Below are positions 1 to 7,124 of a stretch of 11,882 bases of DNA, piece by piece; within the stretch, counting starts at the first letter, position 1, and the number at the start of each line of letters is the position of its first letter. The translations under genes and the position numbers were made by a program. The stretch is taken from contig JBCCQY010000224.1 in assembly GCA_039208735.1 (NCBI GenBank), positions 1-11,882 of the forward strand. Direction: 5' to 3'. The DNA is from Myxococcota bacterium. GTDB taxonomy: Bacteria > Myxococcota_A > UBA796 > GCA-2862545. The notes under the pieces are model-generated. The model was not told the origin of the DNA, ran no database searches, and worked only from the letters and a program-made list of their open reading frames with translations.

Positions 1-1
1 G

Positions 2-154
2 ATGTCGAAGGGCGTCGCCTCCCACGAGCACCCCACCTTCGCGAAGCAGGTCGACATACTCTTGGTAGGGCGCCATGTACGCGGGCTGCCGCTCGGCATC
101 GACGCGTTGGGCGAAGTCCTCTTCGGTCTCGTAGATCAAGATGGCGTACTGCAC
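2..154 (-). CDS. YciI/DGPF-family protein, 5' part (runs off the window edge)
   Basis: Manual translation from GTG at 154: MQYAILIYETEEDFAQRVDAERQPAYMAPYQEYVDLLREGGVLVGGDALRH. This matches the YciI/DGPF N-terminus (MxYxLLIY...L..aGvlvgg.aL). Strong SD AAGGAGG at 167-161. Overlaps the GST stop codon. The DGPF motif itself would lie outside the window. Confidence 0.85.
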   Translation of the reverse strand, partial: MQYAILIYETEEDFAQRVDAERQPAYMAPYQEYVDLLREGGVLVGGDALRH

Positions 155-887
155 GAGCTTCCTCCTTCGTCGAGGGCCGTCTCGACCCGTTCTTGGTGTG
201 CGAGGAGCCCCGTGCGACGCCGGAACGCGGTCACCAACGGATCGTCGAACGTACTTCCAGCGACCTGCGCGAACAGCGCATGGCAGGAGAGGTCAGCCGC
301 CGACAGCGATTCGCCGCCAAAGAACGGTCCCTCACCAAGGGCCTGCTCGAGGGTATCGAGGTCTTCCTCAACGAGGGTGAGGATTTCGGACTCGGGCCGT
401 CGACCCATCCCCTGGCTCCATAGGTTTCCACGAACCTCCCGACGCACCATCGCGAAAACGAGCCCTCGGAGCGGCCAAGGAATGGCCCCGAAGAGTCCAT
501 CGCGCACGTCCTGGGGATGGTACGTCCACCGAAAATAGACCTGCGCCCAATAGAGGTGCTCCTCGAGAAGACGCCGCACCAGGGTCGTCTGCGCGTTTCG
601 CACGAGGACCAGCCCCGCGTGCTGCTCCAGGTGACGCTGAATGTTGACCGTGTCGCTCAACACGGCTCCGTCGGGACAGGTCACGAAGGGGATCTTCTTG
701 CGTGGCCCCGACGTCGGATTGGCGGGCTCCAGGCGATAGAGCACCTCCGCCAGCCGCAGCAAGTGCTCGGCCTTGAGCGAAAACGGGCTGGCCTGGGAGA
801 TGCCGAAGGCGGGGGGGGCGCGTGAAGCACGTACCCCCGAGGGGAAGACGGCGCTTTGGCCAGAACAGGGTCCTGATGGACAGTCAA
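136..887 (-). CDS. Glutathione S-transferase family protein, metaxin/FAX-like; apparent 1-nt frameshift in the C8 run at 811-818
   Basis: Motifs PPAFGISQASPFSLKAE, GPRKKIPFV, LSDT.NI, RRLLEEHLYW...YFRW, QGMGR and LGEGPFFGGESLSAADLS. The natural N-terminus (TTG at 887, SD GGAGG at 897-893, MTVHQDPVLAKAPSSPRGYVLHAP) is in another frame and joins the body if one base is added at 811-818. The ORF track start at 936 is doubtful. Confidence 0.85.
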
Positions 888-927
888 GGGAACCTCCGAG
901 AGGGCATAAGGGGTGGCCCTCGTGAAG

Positions 928-956
928 TCGTCGCATGACCGAGGCCCTGTTCTACA
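928..956 (-). promoter_or_regulatory. Putative ECF sigma (ECF42-like) promoter for GST-YciI
   Basis: Minus strand reads TGTAGAA-cagggcctcggtcatg-CGACGA, ending about 40 nt before the TTG start. One of three copies with identical 16-nt spacing. Confidence 0.7.
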
Positions 957-1057
957 CCGCCGCCAAGTTTTCCGGTCGAGAGGTGGAAGCATGACGTTCC
1001 GCCTCGAGAACGCCAGCCGCCGTCGACGGTCAACCCGAGGGCGATGCGGCCGAAACC

Positions 1058-2617
1058 CTACTCCACCGCGAGGACCGCCTCGATGGCCTCGGCGATCCCA
1101 AGCAGCTCGCGGTCGGCCCCCGCCGGACCCGCGATCTCGATTCCGAAGGGCAGACCATCGGCCGTCAGTCCCGCCGGCAGCGTGATGGCAGGCAGATCTG
1201 CGCTGCTGGCGACCGAGGCGTTGCGCACGTAGAGAAAGTCGGTCACCACCTCTCCATCCAGTTCGATGGGCGTCCCCAGCATGCCTTCGGGGGGCGAGGC
1301 GTCCGCTACGCGTCGCGCGGGCAGGGGCGTGGTGGGGTAGAGCATGGCGTCGAGTTCGTTGACCGCGAAGTAGCCATCCAAGAGGTCCTGGAGGGCCACG
1401 CGGGCCCCCGATGCCGCCGCGTACGACGCCTCGTCGCCGGCCGCCGGCGATAGCATCAGCTCGAAGAAGCCCCGCGTCCCCGGCGACTGGATCTGCTCGA
1501 CGAGCCCCGGAAGGCTCGGCGCGGAGGGACGCTGCTCGAGGTAGGCCGCGAGCTCCTGCTGCCCTTCGTAGAGGGCCATGCCGAAGAACACCGCCTCGTC
1601 GAGGTCGCTGACCATCTCGGGAACGTCGGCGACCACCAGCTGTGCGCCCGCCTCGGCAAGGGCGTCGAGGGCGCGCTGCACGCCGCGATCGACTTCACCA
1701 TGCAGACCCGCGTAGAACACGGGTCCGGGCAACCCGATGCGCACTTCACGCAGATCGACCGTCGGCGGTGGGACGTCGTCACCGGTCAACACGGCATCGA
1801 CGATCGCGACGTCGCGGACGGTGTGGGCGAGCGGGCCCACCGTGTCGCGCGACGAGGCCAGCGGAATCACGCCGTCCGTTGCGTAGCGGCCGAGCGAGGG
1901 CCGAAAGCCCACCACGCCGGTGAGCGCAGCGGGGATTCGGATCGAACCCGCGGTGTCCGAGCCGAGCGACATCCCGAACGCGCCGCTGGCCACCGCGACC
2001 GCGCTTCCCGAGCTGCTGCCTCCGGGAAACAGCTCGGGATTCGCCGGATGCAGGGTCGGTCCGAAAGCGCTGTCGAGTCCGGTGGCACCAGACGCGAGTT
2101 CGTGGAGGTTCGCCTTGCCCATGACGACAGCACCCGCCTCTCGTAGCGCTCGGACGACCGGAGCGTCGGCGGGTGCAATGTTGTCGGCGAGCCCCGGGGT
2201 CCCGCCGGTAGTGGGGGTGCCCGCAACGTCGATGTTGTCTTTGACGACGACGGGAACACCGAGGAGAGGCGTAGTTTCGCCCGCGGCGCGCGCGGCGTCG
2301 GCCTGTCGCGCCGCCTCGAGGCTCTCGGCCGCCCACACCACGGGAACGGCATTGAGCTCGGGCCTCGCGTCGAGGACCCGCATGGCCTCACAGACGAGCT
2401 GGACGGAGGTTGCGCCGCCGGTGGTCAACGCGGCGAGCTGCGCCTCCACCGTGGCCTCGACACCCGAAGGCTCAAGGTCATCGCAGTCAGCCGGGGGTTG
2501 GGTGGCCGACGGCGTCTCGGTGGCGTCGTCGCGGTCGGTGGCGGGTGGGGCGGGCAGCGTCTCGGCACAGGCGAAGGCGGAAAGGGCGAGGACGGACAGC
2601 CAGGACTTCTGGAACAT
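1058..2617 (-). CDS. Amidase signature family hydrolase (IaaH/mandelamidase-like), predicted lipoprotein
   Basis: Catalytic Lys in GVPVVVKDNI, GKANLHEL, PGGSSSGSAVAV and LGSDTAGSIRIPAALTGVVGFRPS (Lys-cisSer-Ser triad); C-terminal LPAITLPAG...GLPFGIEIAGP. N-terminal MFQKSWLSVLALSAFA-C lipobox followed by a Pro/Thr/Asp linker. SD GGAG at 2627-2624. Confidence 0.95.
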   Translation of the reverse strand: MFQKSWLSVLALSAFACAETLPAPPATDRDDATETPSATQPPADCDDLEPSGVEATVEAQLAALTTGGATSVQLVCEAMRVLDARPELNAVPVVWAAESLEAARQADAARAAGETTPLLGVPVVVKDNIDVAGTPTTGGTPGLADNIAPADAPVVRALREAGAVVMGKANLHELASGATGLDSAFGPTLHPANPELFPGGSSSGSAVAVASGAFGMSLGSDTAGSIRIPAALTGVVGFRPSLGRYATDGVIPLASSRDTVGPLAHTVRDVAIVDAVLTGDDVPPPTVDLREVRIGLPGPVFYAGLHGEVDRGVQRALDALAEAGAQLVVADVPEMVSDLDEAVFFGMALYEGQQELAAYLEQRPSAPSLPGLVEQIQSPGTRGFFELMLSPAAGDEASYAAASGARVALQDLLDGYFAVNELDAMLYPTTPLPARRVADASPPEGMLGTPIELDGEVVTDFLYVRNASVASSADLPAITLPAGLTADGLPFGIEIAGPAGADRELLGIAEAIEAVLAVE

Positions 2618-2659
2618 CGTGAACTCCGAGGAAGGTCGACCGAGGGGTCGGTCACCCTG

Positions 2660-2688
2660 GCGTCGCTCGACTCGGTGCCGGTTCTACA
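2660..2688 (-). promoter_or_regulatory. Putative ECF sigma (ECF42-like) promoter for the amidase
   Basis: Minus strand reads TGTAGAA-ccggcaccgagtcgag-CGACGC, ending about 42 nt before ATG 2617. Confidence 0.7.
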
Positions 2689-2773
2689 AAAGGTCTTGAG
2701 AATCCGAAAACCATAAGATGAAACATCAAATCTAGGGAATCCGAGCGAGGTGTTCGAAGAAAAACGCCCGGCC

Positions 2774-2802
2774 GGTAGAAACGGGTGGGGCTCGAACGAC
2801 GA
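2774..2802 (+). promoter_or_regulatory. Putative ECF sigma (ECF42-like) promoter for DUF2461
   Basis: GGTAGAA-acgggtggggctcgaa-CGACGA, ending 38 nt before ATG 2841. Confidence 0.7.
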
Positions 2803-2840
2803 AAGCATGACGACTCAATCGAGGTCGTCCTGGAGAACCC

Positions 2841-3560
2841 ATGACCCTCCCCGCCCCACGTCCCTGTGCGGATGCCGCTTCGTCCCGGTTTGCTGGCTTT
2901 TCGATGGCCGGCCTGGAGGCCCTCGCGGCGCTCGCGCGTGACAACACGAAGGCAACCTTCGATCTCCACCGGGAAGGCATCGACGAAGGGCTGATCGAAC
3001 CGGCCAAGCGATTCGTGACGGCCCTGGCCACGCGCCTCGGCACTGCGGTGTCTCCAGGCATCGAAGCACGGCCCCGGGTCGACGGCTCCATCTTCCGACT
3101 TCGACGGGACACCCGCTTCTCGAAGGACAAGTCGCCGTACAAGACCCGCCTGACGATGTTCGTCTGGGAGGGGGAGCATCGCAAGCGCTCACCGGGCTTC
3201 TACCTGAGCCTGTCCCCGAACCGCGTTCAGCTCGGTGTGGGTCGCATGGTCATCGACGACCTCGAGCGGTACCGCAAGGCCGTCGACGAACCGCGCTCGG
3301 GCGAGGCCCTTGTCGCTGCGATCACCAAGGCACAGAGGGCTCTTCCAGGGCTCACGCTGTCGGAGCCAGCGCTCAAGCGGGTGCCCCGCGGATTCGACCC
3401 GCTCCATCCCCGTGCCCGTTGGCTTCGGTGCAAGGTGCTCCACGCCATGCTGGACGTGCCCATGCCCGGTGCCGTGGACGGTCCCGAGTTCCTGGATTGG
3501 ACCGTGGACCGGTTCCTGCCCTTTCGTGACCTCCATCGTTGGTTCGTGGCCAACACCTGA
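2841..3560 (+). CDS. DUF2461 (TIGR02453-like) protein
   Basis: FAGFS...LAALARDNTKATFDLHR and the signature IFRLRRDTRFSKDKSPYKT, plus PGFYLSL and LKRVPRGFDPLHPRARWLR. SD GGAG at 2832-2835. Confidence 0.92.
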   Translation: MTLPAPRPCADAASSRFAGFSMAGLEALAALARDNTKATFDLHREGIDEGLIEPAKRFVTALATRLGTAVSPGIEARPRVDGSIFRLRRDTRFSKDKSPYKTRLTMFVWEGEHRKRSPGFYLSLSPNRVQLGVGRMVIDDLERYRKAVDEPRSGEALVAAITKAQRALPGLTLSEPALKRVPRGFDPLHPRARWLRCKVLHAMLDVPMPGAVDGPEFLDWTVDRFLPFRDLHRWFVANT

Positions 3561-3605
3561 TCGACTGACGGACAGCCATCCTCAATCCTGTTTCTGGAGA
3601 ATTCC

Positions 3606-3752
3606 GTGCCCCTCGTTTCCATCGTCTACCATTCGGGCTTCGGCCACACCCACAAGGTCGCGGAGCGTCTCGCCGACGGCGTTGCTCGGGTTCCTGGCGC
3701 TTCGTCAAGCCTACTTAGGATTACCGCCGACCAGATCACCGGGGGCCGGTGG
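3606..3752 (+). pseudogene. Truncated flavodoxin/WrbA-like NAD(P)H-dependent oxidoreductase, N-terminal about 49 aa only
   Basis: GTG start after GGAG. MPLVSIVYHSGFGHTHKVAERLADGV contains the FMN phosphate-binding loop (YHSGxGHT). Similarity is lost after ITGGRW and the expected DAIIFGSPTY motif is absent. The frame continues to a stop at 3929. Confidence 0.8.
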
Positions 3753-3943
3753 CGGGTCAGCAGCGCATGCTCTGGGTCGGACCCGGCGAGAATCCCTCGC
3801 CACTCACCGGCGATGGCCGTGACGTGGACCGGTAGCTCGGAAGGCACCTGGGCGAGGGTGCCGCGCGCACGCTCCAGCGCGTTGGCACCGCGATCAAGCC
3901 GATGCTCGACACGAAAGCTGCCGACTTGAAGGCGGGGGCGCAT
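3753..3943 (-). pseudogene. Possible convergent gene remnant
   Basis: From ATG 3943: MRPRLQVGSFRVEHRLDRGANALERARGTLAQVPSELPVHVTAIAGEWRGILAGSDPEHALL, with GC-rich third positions. The start loosely resembles Ser/Thr kinase subdomain I. No stop before the flavodoxin fragment. Confidence 0.3.
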
Positions 3944-4054
3944 GGGGGCTCTACGGGTTGCGACAAGCGAGCGCCAACGGTTCGACAAGCCTACCGAAAC
4001 ACCCGCACCGTCTGACCGCGCCATAACCGTGAAATCCCTCAGCCACGGTGTTTC

Positions 4055-6751
4055 ATGCGTACCACACTGCTGACGTTCCTCACGCTGTTGATGGCCTGCG
4101 ACCTTCCATCCCCAAGTTCAACCTCGGATCCAGAGTCCCCCACCCCTGTCGATGCAGCCGAGGATTTGCTGGTTTCCCTGCGCGAGGAAGCGGGGAACCG
4201 GTTCGCCGTGACCTTCCAAGAGGGACGGGTCGTCGGCCTTCAGCTCGTTCACCCCGTGACGCCCACAGTCGAGGGATTCGAGGCTGCGCTGGCCGAACTC
4301 GACGCCGTGATTGGACTGTCTGCAATAAGCGACCTTGAACCCATCGTGTTGCGGGAGGAGCGACGGGAGGACACCGCCACGACGCACGTCGTCTTCGGCT
4401 TGTCGCGCGCAGGGGTGGTTGTCGCCGACGCATCGCTCGGGATGCATGCCATCGCCACGGACCTCGCAGCGCTCGACATCCACCTCCCCGAATTGTCCAC
4501 CCTCGCGGACCCTGATGAGCGCTCCCTCGATCCTCGGCAGGCCGAATCCTTTGCCGAAGTACACGCCGCAACGACCTACCAAACCGTCGAACGCGTGGGA
4601 GAGACGCTCCTCCGCATTCGAGGACCGCATGTCGTATGGCAGGTGACGCTCTCGGTGGGCGGCGAGACGGCAGGCGGAACGCTCACCGTCGATGTCGACG
4701 CCAACACGGGAGACGTCGTCCACGAGCACCTTGAAGAAAATCCCGAGGTCGACTTCGACGTCTACGATGCGCAAGGACTGCCTGCGAGCCAGTGTTGGGA
4801 AGACCGCTGGTTTTTCTTCCCGGTTTGCGACCAGGACGGCTGCGACACCGGAGCAGCGACCGAGTCGTGGAGTGCCCGATTCCATACCGACGAGTTCAAT
4901 ACCTTCCTAAGGAACGTGCTTTCGCGTGACGGAATCGATGGCCGAGGCGGTGACCAAGTTGCCCACATCAACGTGACGCTGCCCAAGAAGAGTGGACCTG
5001 ACAACGCCTACTACTCGCCGAGCTGCGACCACATCGCGTTTTCGCCAGGCATGGCAGAACAAGAGGTGGTGGCCCATGAGTGGGGACACGGCATCCTGCG
5101 CAAGGAAGGCATCGGGTACGACGGTCGGAACGTGTCCTCGCATCGCGACGCCATCCACGAGCACATGGGCGACATGTATGGCTTCTACTACGAGCGCTGG
5201 CAGGACCAAACGGACCTCGACTTCGTGCTCGGAAGCACGCCGATCACCAACGTTCGCAACATCGACAATGGACCCACGGTCGATCATGTCTCCCAGATGG
5301 GCACCAACGACCATGCCAACGGCGAGCTGCTGACCTATGCGATGCTGCTACTCACCCGAGGAGGCACCCATTCCCGCACCCAAGTGCCCGTTCGTGCGGT
5401 GGACCCAGACGCCGTGCTGCAGATCCTCCATCGCTCCGCGGCCGACTGCTTGCCTGGCAATCCTACATTCGCCGACTACCGGAGGGGACTCCTCACAGAG
5501 GCCATCGCGGCTGGCTGGAGCGCCGAGGATCAGTGTCAGCTCGGCAACGCGCTTGGGGCCGTGGGCATCGGCGACGTCGATACGGACTGTGACGGGGTTT
5601 CCAACGCCCAGGAAACCGATGACGATGGCGATGGGGTAGGCGACGCAATCGACAATTGCCCGTTCGTGGCCAACCTCTCGCAACGGGACACTGACCTGGA
5701 CATGGCGGGAGACGCCTGCGACGATGATCTCGACAACGACGGTGTCGATAACGCGCTCGACATTTGCCCTGCGAAGGCCAATGCGGCACAGATCGACTCC
5801 GACGGTGATGGGCAAGGGGATGCCTGTGACGACTCCGACGCAGACGGTCACGAGGACGGCGTGGACAATTGCCCCCAAACCTTCAACGCGACCCAGGGGG
5901 ACCTCGATCGGGACGGCCAAGGGGATGCTTGTGACGACGACAGGGATGGAGACGGCGTAGACGACCTCTCAGACAATTGTGTCACTCGTGCCAATCCCTC
6001 CCAGGCCGACCTCAACGACGACGGCGAAGGGGACGTGTGTGACGACACCGACGATGACGGTCGCTTCGATGCGTCCGACCGCTGTCCCTTTCACGTCGAC
6101 GGCAGGGTTCCAGACCGGGACCGCGACGGTCGTTGGGACAGCTGCGAAGACGACGACGACGACGACGACACGGTACTTGACGAGGAAGACAACTGCCGAT
6201 TCGCCCCGAATCCAGGCCAGGGTGACTTCGATGAAGATGGCCTTGGCGATGCTTGTGATGCGTGCCCCGAAGACCGCAACGCCGGTCGGGATCTCGACGG
6301 AGACGGCCTGGACGATGCTTGCGATCCCTACTTCGACTTTCGCAGGGCCGACCTCAATGCAGACGTTCGCTGCTTGATGTGGGGCTGCGACGGCCAACCC
6401 GACCTGCGGGAACTCGAGATTGCGATTTGGACCGGGCAACACCTCCACGAACTCCCGGAAATCCCGTTGCCGACCTGCGTGGCGGACTGTCCCGAGCGCT
6501 ACGACGAGGATTGGACGGTGACCGTCGACGCAAGCTCGGACTATCCCTATGGCCTCGCGGTGGTCGATCAGCGCGGGAGCATCGTGGCGCGAACCGAAGG
6601 CACCGAAGGGCCGAGTTCGATCACCTTCCGCCCCGCCACGAGCACGCCACAAGGCACGCACACCTACCGCCTGGTGGTGCGACCCTACGACCTGGGCGAC
6701 GCGTTTGCGGCACCGATGGACCTCGAGGTGCGAGCGGGACGTCCCGAGTAG
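4055..6751 (+). CDS. Lipoprotein M4 (thermolysin-like) zinc metallopeptidase with thrombospondin type-3 repeats
   Basis: Lipobox MRTTLLTFLTLLMA-C; FTP-like (THVVFGLSRAGVVV) and PepSY-like (VWQV...VDANTGDVV) propeptide; RDGIDGRG, DNAYY, VVAHEWGHG (HEXXH at 5075-5089), AIHEHMGD (third zinc ligand E) and DHANG; then Asp/Cys-rich repeats and a C-terminal domain of about 140 aa. Confidence 0.92.
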   Translation: MRTTLLTFLTLLMACDLPSPSSTSDPESPTPVDAAEDLLVSLREEAGNRFAVTFQEGRVVGLQLVHPVTPTVEGFEAALAELDAVIGLSAISDLEPIVLREERREDTATTHVVFGLSRAGVVVADASLGMHAIATDLAALDIHLPELSTLADPDERSLDPRQAESFAEVHAATTYQTVERVGETLLRIRGPHVVWQVTLSVGGETAGGTLTVDVDANTGDVVHEHLEENPEVDFDVYDAQGLPASQCWEDRWFFFPVCDQDGCDTGAATESWSARFHTDEFNTFLRNVLSRDGIDGRGGDQVAHINVTLPKKSGPDNAYYSPSCDHIAFSPGMAEQEVVAHEWGHGILRKEGIGYDGRNVSSHRDAIHEHMGDMYGFYYERWQDQTDLDFVLGSTPITNVRNIDNGPTVDHVSQMGTNDHANGELLTYAMLLLTRGGTHSRTQVPVRAVDPDAVLQILHRSAADCLPGNPTFADYRRGLLTEAIAAGWSAEDQCQLGNALGAVGIGDVDTDCDGVSNAQETDDDGDGVGDAIDNCPFVANLSQRDTDLDMAGDACDDDLDNDGVDNALDICPAKANAAQIDSDGDGQGDACDDSDADGHEDGVDNCPQTFNATQGDLDRDGQGDACDDDRDGDGVDDLSDNCVTRANPSQADLNDDGEGDVCDDTDDDGRFDASDRCPFHVDGRVPDRDRDGRWDSCEDDDDDDDTVLDEEDNCRFAPNPGQGDFDEDGLGDACDACPEDRNAGRDLDGDGLDDACDPYFDFRRADLNADVRCLMWGCDGQPDLRELEIAIWTGQHLHELPEIPLPTCVADCPERYDEDWTVTVDASSDYPYGLAVVDQRGSIVARTEGTEGPSSITFRPATSTPQGTHTYRLVVRPYDLGDAFAAPMDLEVRAGRPE
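5570..6330 (+). repeat. About seven thrombospondin type-3 (Ca-binding) repeat units within the peptidase
   Basis: Recurring DxDxDGxxDxxDNCPxxxNxxQxDxDxDGxGDACD, for example DNCPFVANLSQRDTDLDMAGDACD and DNCPQTFNATQGDLDRDGQGDACD. Confidence 0.93.
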
Positions 6752-6853
6752 CGGCGTCGCAGGGCCAGCCCGGCGAGCCCCCAAAACCACGTTCCCCACG
6801 CCACTGGGGGATCCGCGCACCCACACACGACGTCGGGGTCCCCAAGCCCCCGC

Positions 6854-6886
6854 GGAGGGCCACTACCGCCGATGGCCTTTCCTTTC
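6854..6886 (+). terminator. Possible intrinsic terminator downstream of the peptidase
   Basis: GGAGGGCCA-N10-TGGCCTTTC stem with G:U pairs, followed by a pyrimidine tail (CCTTTC). The U-tract is weak. Confidence 0.3.
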
Positions 6887-7124
6887 AACCCTGGTGAGCA
6901 CCGTTCTTGCCGCTCTCCGAAGAAGGAAGCGACGAGGAGGCAAAGCATGACCGAAAGAGGGTTTGTGGTCTGGTCGTGCGCCCGTCGCGGATCTCGAGGG
7001 CCGGATGACACTCCGCTGAGCAACGATGCGGAACCCAACCGATCCTCCATCATGACTCTGAGATTCGGCGATTTATACCTTTACCCTACACTCTCTGTGA
7101 CTAGAATTTGAACAGGTGCGAAGC

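Noticed and set aside
888..936. ORF-track N-terminal extension of the GST from ATG 936
   Set aside because: Non-family, Cys/Pro-rich sequence with no SD, overlapping the predicted promoter; the TTG 887 start with a frameshift fits better.
1058..2617. Amidase as gatA
   Set aside because: It has a lipoprotein signal, no gatB/gatC neighbours and lacks GatA-specific motifs.
3176..3203. Near-match GGTAGAA-N16-CGATGC on the minus strand
   Set aside because: The -10 element mismatches and the site is antisense within DUF2461 coding sequence. Other GTAGAA hits (about 1712, 5183, 7972) lack CGACG at the right spacing.
6149..6169. (GAC)7 trinucleotide run
   Set aside because: In-frame poly-Asp that fits the DxDxD Ca-binding pattern of the TSP3 repeats; not a contingency locus.
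5570..6330. Periodic DNA repeats as a possible CRISPR or non-coding array
   Set aside because: The repeats are degenerate at synonymous positions and fully explained by protein-level TSP3 repeats.
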